NCBI GenBank assembly: GCA_965637545.1
Contig: OZ281497.1
Span: forward strand, 9,052,001 to 9,116,000
Direction of reading: 5' to 3'
Length of the DNA: 64,000 nt
From: Phallusia mammillata
Taxonomy: Eukaryota
A model generated the notes under the pieces. That model was given only the letters and a program-made list of their open reading frames with translations. It did not search any database and had not been told where the DNA came from. Below are positions 25,401-37,700 of this stretch, one piece after another. Every line of letters starts with the position of its first letter. The stretch's first letter is position 1. Made by a program: the position numbers and the translations under genes.

Positions 25401-28400
25401 TCATATGGCTTTCTGTATTCCTCAGGAGCCTCGACGAACGGAACGTGAACTGCTTGAAAAGCAACGTATGCAAACAGAGGCTACAAAACACGAAAATCAT
25501 TTATCAGTAAGTCAGGTTTGGTTTTACTTTGTGCACCGATATTAACTTTTTGCTAATGAAGTAAGTTGTATAGGCCCAATCGGGTTCAGGATTACATTTT
25601 ATTAAAACGGGCTTGATTTCTGTTACGAACGTATAATGCAACAATTCAGTTTAGCTAATTACTTTTGATTGATTGTGTTTCTTAATGATTTCATTCACTT
25701 TCCTTGCAACCAATTCACTTTCGAACGAATTCCCTTCCACAGTAACTGGCTCTCCGTTGTACATTAGATCAGAGGTACAGCAATCCCTGACGTGTAACGG
25801 GGTCATAAGTTGACTCGTGAGGGCAACGTACCCTAAAAAAAGTAAAAGCTGATTTTTAAATGTGTGAAAGTTAGTCAGGCCAGCAGTAACGGGTTGTGAG
25901 TGTTTTTCATTTTTGAGGACTTACAAAACTACCTCGGCAATATTGTTTTTAAAAATTCTTTGCGTAATGTTTTAACCAGGGCTGGGGAGTCGGTAGTATT
26001 GAACTTTGACCCCGACTTCTGGAAATTTTAAAGTTCCGACTTGTACTTGATTTAAATGACTTTTCGGCCTGGGTATAAATGTACAAGTATTTAGTCAATA
26101 ATAAATTCCGATTCCACAGTCCTCGTTTTAATCTAAGCAAGTGACTATTTTTTTTTCCCTAACAGACTACAGCATCTTGTAAAACGGGGTTAGCTACAAG
26201 TTGTGGAGGTACGATCTACACCAGGGGGGTCAAACTCAAACAACTTTGAGGGCTAAAATAAACTTTTTTTAAAATAAAGTAAGTCGAGGTCGAAACATTT
26301 GTTACAGTGTATCATGACAACAAACAATTACAGGATTGCTACATTAAGAACAATATTGTAATTATTAACAAACCGATATACAGTGCAGCTGAGTAAAATT
26401 GCTTTGTGTGAAAACAATGGTGTACAATGACGCAACAATCGCATCTGCTGATTCTAAAGACGAGCTAGTTCGATCAACCTAATAAAACGTTGCATACGCC
26501 ACTAATAGAAATTGATTGCATCATGTAAACTCATTGGTCTGACAGGGTATTCCGAGTAAAACACACAATGGGGCAGTTAAGGGTCGACATTTCCGCATGG
26601 TGTCGCCACGCAACAGTTACAGTTGTCATTACGGCACAAACGCGCGCAAATTTAGAAGCCTAAATTACACCTCCACTCCGTCATATTTTTACCATAAAAC
26701 ACTGTTATTTGCCAACATCAATTGGATTATTCTAATTGCACAACATACAGATTAAAATCTAAGTTAAATAAACGATGTGCCAAAACAACAGGCAAGAAAG
26801 AGGATTTCATTTTAAGATCCGTTGTATTTCTGTGTTTTTTTGCAATAGCTTCTTGTTTTTTTCTCTGCATAACTACTTGTACACAGACTTCAGGCTTATG
26901 ATAGGAATGACAACTTCACTTGTGCTGTGAGTATGAGGGAGAATGTAGGTAGCAGCTGTGAGTTACAGTGGCACGAAGTAGAGTTTACTCAAATAACCAG
27001 CTTGTATCAAATGCCACACACAACTGAGGAACAAGTGAAAGTCTATTTTCATTTCAAATCTACATGTGACAAAATTCCAACAGTGCTGTGAAAGCTTTTG
27101 TGAAAGGACGCCTAGTCTGAAATGTTTATCTGAGCTTTATTTAAGTGGCATTGTACATGCTTCAGTGAAAAAAAAGTTTAATATAATGTCAAAATGAAAC
27201 TTGAAAACAGTGGAGAAATTGTAAATTAAGAATGTAAGTGTGTTGCTACATGCAAACATCTAGAAGCCATAGCTCTTATGGTTTCCTAATTTCATATCAC
27301 AGAAGAGCTATCTGTTAATAAAAGTTATACAGATCAGTTTCAAACATTTCACCACCATGCAATACAATTGAAAAGTAATCACTCACTTTATTTATTACAT
27401 GTACTGTATAGTGGTGACTTGTAAACCTTGTTTTCTACAAATTAAAAAATTGAATGAAAAACAACTGAACAAAGTGCAAGGAATGTTAACCAATGAAAGT
27501 TTCGCATAACTGCACCAAAATTTAGAGATATTATTTTACGTTTTAGGCTCTTGATTTATGTTTAAAATCTTTTTAACCACCTTTATTGTGTTGTTGCCAT
27601 TTGGTAAGATAATGTAAGAAACAAACCACAAAAAAGTATTCACAGAGACCAAGTTTGTTGGTAATCATAACTACTGTCAAAAATACACACACCTAATACA
27701 TTGCCTAACATTTGTCCACATAAAACAAACAAAAATAAGTTTATTTGACAGACGCAGCATGATGTGGCATGGATTGCTTTAATATACATCTTGTATATTT
27801 TAGCTATATATATTATTTTATATTTAGAGTTCTATGACTCGCTCAACATGCGATTCTTTCTGATGCAGTATGCCTATCCTTTAGTTACTACTGAAATACT
27901 TCCAAGCTGGCTTTTTCCTTTTAGCATTGTTGGGGATGTTAACAACTATAGTTATATGTATACATCAAATGATGTAAACAAATCTTGCACTCTAATTACT
28001 CTGTCTGCCAGAGGCATTTTAGTATAGTATTCCAACCAGAATCTTTATGGTATTTTTACATGTTGAAAATGTGGAATTTTGAGCTTTAATATTTGTTTTG
28101 TTATAATTTTTGTGGCATCTAAAATAACTCTGGTAGCAGGAAACTGCAGTTTAAATTTGGCAATCATTGATTGATCAACACCTTCTCGTGCTTGCCATGT
28201 ATTAATTTCTTTAATCTGATAGAATAAATAAATTATCGGTTTCCACAACTTTTCCGTTTAAGGGTCATAACGCTTGATAGCCACCTTTCTTTTCTCATAC
28301 AGTTCCACCTTTACTTTTCAGGCAATTTTGTACACAACAGTATTGTGACATTGTATCAGCAATATGATGAATCTCTTAAACTTTTCTTTCAAACGTTCGA

Positions 28401-30282
28401 CTTCATCAGACAACAGTAGCCCCGCAATACAAATCCGCCGCTAACAATAACTGTTGCGTGGCGACATCGTGTGGTCATTTAATATTTTAATTAACTGCCC
28501 CATTAACTTCTTAAAGTTACTTCGCGGGCCGCACAAAAAATCTTGGAGGGCCGCGTGTTTGACTCCCCTGATCTACACCATACTGATACTTGTATAGTGT
28601 TCTAGTGTTCGAGTCTTTAGTGAAATAAAACATATGCCTTGCATCCAGTGAGACCCATATTTGCTTACATCCACCATACCGTCGTTACTTGTAAGTCTTT
28701 TTTGGTAATGTCAGGATTTCTTGTCTTTATATTCTTTTGACTTGCGACCTTATTTGTACTCAGTTTGTGTGTTAAGTTGGTTGTGAAGGCTAATTTTGCT
28801 GTGAAGCTTTGATTTGCAAAACACCTATGTGTAAATTGATTTGTTTTCTTAAATGCAAATATTTTCTCTAAAAATTGTTTGTTTTATTTTAAGGTTTCCC
28901 ACATTTAGCGAAAAAATGGGATGTATTTTACTTACCGAAAAACGAATCAAATCCACGGCGGTGGGGTAAGTAGGCTGATTTACAATGTCCGAGATGCCAT
29001 TTACCAACCATGTGTGTGGCAAACCCGCACCTTTTAAGATATTCCGGCATTAGGATATGTTCAAGTGGAAGTCCAGGTGTGAACTTAAATCTAATGCTAT
29101 TTTGAGCTCCTGTTCTGCTCTGTAAATGCAAAAGAAAATCAAAAAGTTAAATTGTTTTTGTACAGGTACATACTAAATCATCGTCACGAAACTTTTTAAT
29201 TCCCTTGAACTGATGTATGATGGTAGCGCTAAAATCCTAATATGTTGAAGCGTGTTAAAATAAGTTAATCGCGCGGCAGCAAGGTTGCATTTTGTTGCCG
29301 GCCCAAGTCATGTTATGTCCTTGAAAAATTATTTACCGTGTATTTTCCTGTCATCAAAGCTGCTCTGGTCGGAGTGCATTTTTGCAAAGTATAGTGGTTG
29401 TCCATTTGCACCGAAACCTCTGAAAACAAACGATTATTAAATGAGGACTGTTTTTTTACATATATCGCCACTTCTAGTTTTATCTTTGATGGATGCAGTT
29501 ATTGAGAGGACATATTTTTGCCATTTTTACATCATAGTTGGGAATACAGGGCCAGGAATATTACCTCAATACGCTAATTGGGCCTTTTATACTTGGCGTT
29601 AGCAAAACACAATCTGAAATGCTTTGCGGGCTGCAAAAAATAAATGGCCTCATGCGGCCCGCGTGTTCGAGACCTAGGCGTACTCTAAACTAACAAATAT
29701 TTTTACCTGCCAAGCTGTCGAGAAACGGAGTTTTTACAGCGGATCCGGATCCAACTGCTTTGTAGCCGACATCTCCATAACCCAGGTCATCCGCCATTAC
29801 AAAAACTACATGTTTTGGTGGCACTGAGTGTGCTAAAAAGATGTATAGTTGAGAAGTTTGTTCATAATGAAACAAGAAAAAACGATAGGAGTGTGTATTC
29901 GGAAGCGTACTGGTTGTTATTTATTGGTTATTCCGGACTATTGTGTTGCGTTTACTTTTTGCTTGAGTGAGGCAAATCTAGGAAGTCCCTAAAGATGAAA
30001 TTGTTGTAAATGCAGAATGTTACTCTATTCAACGACTGTTTTAGCCTAAAGCCGCTATTGACTGTTACCGCAATTACTGAAAAAATTATATTTTAGGCCT
30101 TATAGTACTTTTATACCTAATTAATTGTGCAAGGTTTCACTAAAAACATCACATTTTTATTCTCAAATCATGTCAAATAAAATAAATAATATTTAGATCT
30201 AGAGAATAAAATAAAAACCAGTGTAAGTACCGTTTTCTGCAAAGGAAAAATACAGAAGCAAAAATAAAACAGAAAACATCAT
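22460..30282 (-). CDS. Secreted/lysosomal arylsulfatase, ARSB/ARSI/ARSJ-like (11 exons, 498 aa)
   Basis: Exons 30231-30282, 29707-29832, 29337-29419, 28936-29119, 25663-25832, 25389-25480, 24877-25004, 24399-24630, 24168-24343, 23863-23993, 22460-22582 splice in frame (1497 nt). It has a signal peptide MMFSVLFLLLYFSFA and sulfatase motifs ADDLG, CTPTR (formylglycine motif CxPxR), GKWHLG, QAVH, SDNGG, NWPLRGAK, YEGGIRGP, HITDWLPT, LYNLANDPYE. Confidence 0.93.
22762..23081. mobile_element. hAT-type MITE, 320 bp, in the last arylsulfatase intron
   Basis: TIRs CAGGGGTGGGCAACCT / AGGTTGCCCACCTTTG; TSD TTCTAAAA (22754-22761, 23082-23089). Confidence 0.88.
26222..28570. mobile_element. hAT-type MITE (~415 bp of its own sequence) carrying a nested ISL2EU-like element
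   Basis: TIRs CAGGGGGGTCAAAC / GTTTGACTCCCCTG; TSD ATCTACAC (26214-26221, 28571-28578). Confidence 0.9.
26570..28501. mobile_element. Decayed ISL2EU-like (PIF/Harbinger group) DNA transposon
   Basis: TIRs GGGGCAGTTAA / TTAACTGCCCC, AT dinucleotide TSD, subterminal inverted repeat GTCGCCACGCAACAGTTA. Minus strand: THAP-like start MSQYCCVQNC (~28325-28350) and DDE_Tnp_4-like FKLQFPATRVILDAT. Plus strand: SWIM-like ECKCVATCKH (~27230-27260). Stops and frameshifts throughout. Confidence 0.75.
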
Positions 30283-31974
30283 CAGTGGACTGCTTCCTTC
30301 TTTTATGCTGGTTTTTCTATTGTATTTGCAGATGACTAATTTACTTTAAATCTGTAAGTATACACTATTTATTAACGGCGTGCTTTACCAAAATTCATCC
30401 AAAATAAAGCAATAATATTAATTAATAAATGCAAAAAACAGCTAATCCAATTAATTCACAGCTGTGAATTAGTTGTATGTCGGGTTCTTGCCGAGTTTGG
30501 GCTGAATGAGTTTAGAAAATACGGGCTTGATTCGAGCCTGACTTTTTACACTTGGAATAATTCTTCGTATTTTTGCCGACTTTAGGGCCTGATTGTGGCT
30601 TGTTTTGAAATTCCCTAATTATTGATTCATAAACTGTTTATAAAGTTTTCAGCACATTATAGGCCTACACATTATTATTTTGCATTATCAAGCACAAAAC
30701 CAATTTGCTACTTCGATGTGGTTTGGTAAAGTTGCTTTAGTTACAAATACAATAATATGTGTTTTTCAATGCCTAAAACAGTGATTCTCAACCTTTTTGT
30801 ACTTACAGACCCCTTTTATAAATTTCATAGGCCTGCGGACCCCCAACGTATCTATCCGTAAGTCTTTCTATATTTTTCGTTTCTTTCATTATACGTTATT
30901 ACACATTTTGGGTAGCATTTTAATTTTAATCAACCTTCACAGTCCTTAAATCTCAATGAAGTTCAGTAGTGTAGCAATCAATGCAAAAAAAGATAAATTT
31001 TCTGGTGTAAAAAGCTTGAAACAAAACATTATAAATTTTATTGTTAATGTGTGTGTTGCTGTGATGGCACAATGGAGGTATAACAATCACAAAAAGTAAT
31101 TTTTCCTGTTCTAAATTCTAAAGTTGTGATAAACAGTTTAAACTTATGCAGGATTGTAAAACGGTTTGGAAACTTAAAAATATTTTACTATTGGTGAGTG
31201 GCACTAAAAATGTTTGCTTCCACGTGCCCCCTGAAATAATCGCGTAAACTGTTTATAAAGTTTTCAGCACATTATACACAACTATAGTTTTGCATTATCA
31301 AGCACAAAACCAATTTGCTACAAAATCAATCAGGTATTTTTCGAAATACAGTATCAGATTAATTTTCGTACGTATTCTAAACGCATATCAACGTTACGTT
31401 TTGGACCAAATTAAAGGTAAACTATATTTAAGACAGTAAGCTATAGTTAAGACAGTAACATAGGTAGCCTACCTCTGCCTTACTTGACGTACTGCTACAG
31501 TAGTTACACCACACCAGTCGGAAAAGGCTTTGTTTATCCCGATTAACTAACACACCACCAGACTACGGTCTGAATCACACTACCTCGAAGAACAATGAAA
31601 TGATACACTGCAAAAGGAAACAATTGTGTGGTGCGCAACAGCATCCAGCTAAACAGCAAACGAATTAAAAATGTGTGTGCTACAAACGTTTTACTTCTTT
31701 GTTTAAAGCCAAATGCCCCATGTCTGTTAAATGTCGGTGGATGTTATGTATTTGACACAAATAGTTTAGTTTCGCGATATGGCCGATTTTAAAAATCTGT
31801 TTCAATATGTTTAATTTGAAAAAGTGCTTTTAACCCTGAATTTTCGATAATGTTATAAAGGCAGACCAAAACACCTGTAGTGTTCCGCGGTATAAAATGC
31901 AAGTCCATGCGCCTTCAGACAACACAGCAGGGCGATCATTTGAACTCCTAAACCGTGTGTTTTTTTATTTGTTT

Positions 31975-32075
31975 TTTCACGGGCTTCGAACCCAGGACAT
32001 TCCAGGGGACGAATCCCGATCAGTTTTTTTGTCGGTGTATGGGTCAGGCGCGCTGGACCATTCGGCTTTACCTTG
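31975..32075 (-). mobile_element. tRNA-derived SINE copy
   Basis: Reverse complement matches 52127-52264 (…GCCGAATGGTCCAGCGCGCCTGACCC…GGGTTCGAAGCCCGTGAAAAAA). Confidence 0.8.
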
Positions 32076-32363
32076 CTCTCAATCTCCAAGGCACCAAGTG
32101 CTTTATTACGGACTCTATTATTAGGACAACATAGACAGATGGGGTCGCTCGAGGGTACAGCAGCAAGATGAGCACAAAGCGGTGTCTAGACGAGAAAATG
32201 ATTAGTGACGTTGATTCTTACCGTGTTTGTCCAATATAGAACATTGATATTTTTTATTGCAGTTTTTGCAAAAGTCCTCGGCCTACTTATTAACAAAAAG
32301 AGCAGAAACTGCACATAAAAACATTAGTATTCTATATTCGAAAAAAGTGGTTGGACAAAAAAG

Positions 32364-32546
32364 AGCAGAACAGGGGTTTAGCACAACATGGGATTGAAGT
32401 GCGCACCTTGACTTCCACTTGAACACATCCTAATGCCAGAATATCTTAAAAAGTGCGGGTTTGCCGCACACGTGGTTGGTAAATGGCATCTCGGCCATTG
32501 TGAATCAGCCTACTTACCCACCGCCATGGAGTTGATTTGTTTTTTG
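32364..32546 (+). pseudogene. Inverted, disabled duplicate of arylsulfatase exon 28936-29119
   Basis: Aligns to the exon (LPLEHILMPEYLKKCGFAAHVVGKWHLGHCESAYLP) but has two in-frame stops (TAG, TGA) and a 1-bp deletion near the 3' end; the donor GT is retained. Confidence 0.9.
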
Positions 32547-33064
32547 GTACGTAAGATTTGTGTTATTTCTGGAAAAACCTCACCCAAGGTAAGAAGAGCT
32601 GGCATTGATTGTCATCAAAAAATTAGGACAATTGTTCTATTTTCCCACATACAAGTAAACAACAATTTTTCTGGGAAAATAATTCTAGAATTATTGTGAA
32701 ACAATTTTAACGTAAACTGGTGCTGTTGCAAGGCAAAATGCTAAAGTTTTATAGCAAACTTAGCTTTTACAACCAACTTTAAGCCGTTGAAACAGTAAGA
32801 ACCAATAATGGCGCAAGTCAAACATCTAAGGGACAAAAATTCCGGACGTACTCCAACTCAACGAGAGTAACGATAGCATGATGCGTGTAAGTATATATAG
32901 GTCACCTCTCTGTTGCAAGGCATGTTTTACGGCACTTAAAAGCCCTTGAATAAACAAGATATAAGTGAAGTATACTTTGCCTATTTCGTCAATTTGTTTA
33001 AAAATTCAATACAAACATGGTATAGTTCGTAACACCACAACTTTCAGTTAACCCTGTATTTTAA

Positions 33065-33790
33065 AGTGTAGAGTTAGTACATAAGGAGGGATAAATTGTC
33101 GCTTACCGTTGAGAAAGTTTGGTAAATGTGGCTGTTTTATCATTGTTGTTAAAATGGCATGGAAGGCTGCCAATAGTTTTCACATCAGTAATAAACCAGT
33201 ATTTGACAAATATATTTACTTACGTTTTAGGCTAATGCCACGTGGCCCATTCCCCCACTTGCATTCAATGACATCTGACAGTTAAAATCTGAAAGTTCCC
33301 ATGAAAATGTTAATTGATTGACTGACTAATTCAATAGACACAAGGAGGGACTTTATCTTCAGGTATCAACTCACTCTCCCGTCACGTTGTAACGATACTC
33401 AATACGTTAGTGCGTTTTCGTCATATAACAACCTTATATCGATAAACTGTCCTTACAGTTATTTAAATTATTAATGATTGTTTATGAAAAACCGTTTCTC
33501 GAATGGCAAGATAACAATATTATTGCCCTTTCCTGTGTTTTTCCTGCGGACGCCCATGATTTCTTCTGTGTATTCTGATTAATGTGATTATATAGTTAAA
33601 CTGTATGCTGCTGATAATGGATTTAGAAAATTGGATTATCCACAAATTACGTATGACCTCCAGAAAGGCTCTTTATGCTTATTCTTCGTCAACTGAAATG
33701 TTCATTCTGTTTACAACAGACTATTCAGTAACTTATACAGGGCTTCGAATGTCGTATAGAAGCGTGTATAACCCTTACTTAAGGACTAAG
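33065..33790 (+). pseudogene. Inverted, internally deleted remnant of a VIT-CUB gene
   Basis: 33065-33120 matches the reverse complement of the upstream region at ~50890-50935. 33230-33300 matches the exon-2 start (ANATWPIPP..AFNDI). 33345-33440 and 33640-33790 match parts of the terminal CUB (FIFRYQLTLPSRCNDTQY; MFILFTTDYSVTYTGLRMSYRSVYNP). Confidence 0.8.
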
Positions 33791-34731
33791 TTTAAACACT
33801 TCTTTTAATATTAATTTTGGGAATTGCTTCGTGGCATTACTACAAAATATCGACTGATAGTTTTGTGGTTTTTTATTGCCGTGTGTTAGTTTCTGGTAGG
33901 TTTATAACTTAAAAGGACGATGTTCAAAATATGTAATTTAAAGTTAGCTGAGTCTCACAGTTCTTGTATGTATTTATTTAAGTAATGTTGAAATTGACCC
34001 ACAACTTCAAAAATTGCCACCATTGTCCCTCGATAGACGAAAGGCCCTTGGGAGGCGATCGCCCCCGTTGAAGAACACTGCTTTAAAACTAAGTTCGTAG
34101 TTTCATTTGTCTCCTAAAATCTGACCACTTCCACTGCAAAGAACTATGGGAACAGTGTACAAAGTTAGAAATAAATATGCTAGATATGAATCAGCATCAA
34201 GCTTTGAATGTGCGTGTATGGTTTGTAAATCTGTTTGTGGAGATTTACCCAAACAAATATTCCTATTTTTAGAATTTCCTTTCCTAGCAAAGATATCGTG
34301 GAATGTACACATATATTTTCGCGTAACCGGCAGAAATCGAGCTCGTTTGTTGACATCAACCTGATATGGATTTCACATACACAATGGGTTTTGTTGCATG
34401 GACAATGTGCGTTGAGCGAGCGATGGAAAATGAATTGTGCGGTCCAACAGAGCTACCTTTGTCAGTTCTTGGAAACCAAACAAACCGAGCATTCAGTGGC
34501 TGGTGTTGACAAGGTGTTTTCGGCCTTTTTTGTACTCTGTTTTTGCACCCATGGTTACATTAACAGTTTTACTGGAGTCCAATTCTTACTAAGTAAGTAT
34601 ATTTAAAGCCTATATGTATGGAAAGGTTTGATGCTACAATTTCAAGAAAAATATACAGCAGTTTTATTAGTAAATGTCTAATATCATGATTACATAACAG
34701 ATTTAAACTACCTATCGGTAGAATAACAAAT

Positions 34732-37700
34732 ATGCTCTGTGAAACAGTTTTAGCAAATGAGCTAAAGAAACAATGTCTGTCAAATGGAGTAGAAATCAAT
34801 CCCAAGGAATCGGCGAAAACTTTGCATCAGTTGGGTCTTGTGTACAAGGAAAAGAGCCCAGACAAGATAAGTCTAATTCAGAGTGTTGCTTTAATGACAT
34901 CAGCTGCATTGCGTCAACCAGACAATGTCCATGAAGTTAGAACAGATCTCAACACATTGTGTCTGCACATTTTAGATCTCGCAAAGGCCTCTAAACAGGA
35001 TATTACTTTATTTGATAACGCAATTTCAGAGGCAAAACGTGAAATTGCTAAGCTTCGTGTAACAACGCAACGTGAAATCGAAAAGTTAAAGCCAATAAAC
35101 GATGATCTTAAGGGACCAAAATTGACAAGAATAAGAAAGCAAAGAGTTCAACATATCAGGAAAATACAGGACTATGTTAGTGAAACGTATACCAAAATTA
35201 TGCAACACATTGCAAAGAATACTGTTGATATTATGGGAAAACCACCTTGCCAATTTGCTCTGATGGGAATGGGTTCTTTAGCCAGAAAAGAAATAACTCC
35301 ATATTCTGATTTTGAAAGCATTATTGTTTTGGAAGAACGAAATGGAACTTCCAAACAAGTACTAACCAACAAGTACTTAGCTATTCCGTGCCTTAACAAT
35401 CCTTTAGTCCCCGAAGAAGATTGGTTTTATGATGCCTACACTCCATGCGGAATATGTCCTGATGGACTTGCTCCCCAAGCCAGTAAAAATCCTTTGGGAA
35501 GACAAACAAAAACAAAGAAAAAACCGTGGACAACTGAGCTTATCAAACCAGTTAGTCAAATGGTAAAATACTTCGATACTGCGGAAGATCTTAAAAATGG
35601 TTATCATTTGGCGGATATGTTAACGACGACTTGTTTTGTTTTTGGAAATTATGTTGTATATCATGACTTCGAAAATAAGGTGCATAAAAAAATAAATAAT
35701 TTGCCAATGTTTAGTCAAAAGGCAGTGGAAACCATGCAAAAGGATTTTGAACAGTATTTGTTACCAAACTGTAGAACACATTTCACTGTGGATATTAAAC
35801 GTGTCGCTTATAGAAGCTGTTCACTTTTTATCATTGGACTTGGCCATTTACACGATTGCAAGTTTTCAAACTGTTTTCAGATCGTTGATAAACTGCGTGA
35901 ACGAAGAATCATTGACACTGCACTTCATGGGAAATTGCAGTTTTCATTATCAGTTGGATGTGAAATCCGTTTAAGAAATTACAACCAAGCTTCCAGTCAA
36001 AGCGACATTTTACATCAAACAATAAATCTTAATATTTCATCCTGCATCAACAACATGGCGACATGTATTGGCCCAAGAGCTTTGGTAGATGGATTGGCCA
36101 TTGCAAAATCATTACAAATGTATGTTATGTCATGTTTTACGGTTTGTTCTCGTTTAGACCCAAGTTTGATTGTTGAAAGATCAATTGGTGCAGCAGAGTT
36201 TGCCAGTTCAATGAAGTTGCATCGACTTACGATTAAGTTGATTCATGAATGTAAGGATATCGATGAATGTAAGAACGAAAAAATTCAAGTTCTCTTGCTA
36301 TTATGGTTAGCATTTAGTTTACATGGCTGTGAGGAATACAAAAAGTGTGTCAAACTCGTTAAGGCAAACCTCAAAAATATGAAGCAAAATGGCCTAATTA
36401 ACGCAGCATGCAGATTAATGATGACCTGCGCTCGAGCTTGGGTGGATTCCGGAAAATTCAAGAAAGCCCTTAAATATTACAGAAAAGTGAATTTTTATCT
36501 GTTTTTCAAACTCGCAAATTCTGTTACAAAACTGCAAATTAACATTGGAATTGGCGACTGTTATAAAAAACTAAGGCGCAATAAGAAAGCCTTGAAGTAT
36601 TTGAAACTGGCTTACAATGAAGTCAAAGATGATTTTAAAAACCATGCGGTTGGTGATGAGTATTATGAGTTGATGATGCATTATAGTATATGCCTTTATC
36701 GTGGAGGAAAATTTAATGAAGGAAAAAGGGTAAATGAAGAACTTTTAAAAGCCAGACGAAGCCTTCACGTTGATGAAGAATCAGACCTAGTGATCAATTT
36801 TGCATGTCTTGGAATAGGTTCTTGTTTAACTGGCCTGAAAAATTATGAAGAAGCTCTTGTGTATCTAAATCGATCTTGGCGGTGCAAGTGCATAAGAGAA
36901 GACTTCTGTCAAGATACAAGTGTCACCTGTGTGCGGTTAACGGCACAATGCTTAACAAACTTAGGAAGATCCTTTGAAGCCATTAGCTTCATTGCAGCAT
37001 ATTTAAATAGCAGCAAGAGTGAAACCACTGTCTTGGGCCAATTCTTTAATATTTGCGGACTCATGAACATCTTGTGGAGGTGTGGTTTTTATGAAGCATG
37101 TATTTTGGATAACAACTACAGAATATTTGCTTTAATGCCAATGAGACAAACCAAACACACCCGGAAGCGAATAGATATTCTCCGGCGACAAAATCAAGAT
37201 CTTCAGCAAATAATTGACCATTACGACCAACATCGTATTGATGATGAAACAAAGGAAATATTTAAAAAGGAACCTAAGGTTGAAATACTTCATTTGCTTA
37301 GACTGGGAAGCAGTCTTTTGAAACGTCAATGCATTGAAGAAGCAATAAATTGTTACAAAATGATCGAAATTCTTCTTTTAAAGGTTGAAATTGGACCTTT
37401 TATGTCTAAAGATGTTGAATTTCACAGTATGGTTTATCATGAAATTTCATACTCCCTCATCATGCAGCGCTACGGCCGCAGATCAATAAGGTATTCAAAA
37501 AAGGCCTTCCATCTTTCGTTTCATACACGTGGACCACGATTTGTAGACACCTGTGTTGACGCTGCGGTAATGCTTGCTGAAAGTTTGTATTGTTTAAAAC
37601 TCTTCACAGAAAGTATGGATGCTGCATGGCACGCTGTCAGGTTGTGTCTGCACGTGTATCCAAACTGCAGTTTTATTTCCAAATTCATGCACGCGGTAAT

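Noticed and set aside
26200-28600. Transposon insertion destroying an arylsulfatase exon
   Set aside because: Exon 28936-29119 splices in frame to 25663-25832; the insertion is intronic and the gene appears intact.
30631-31321. ~80-bp direct repeat (30631-30711 vs 31246-31321) around a truncated MITE, considered as LTRs
   Set aside because: No TG...CA ends, PBS, PPT or coding remnant; more simply a local duplication.
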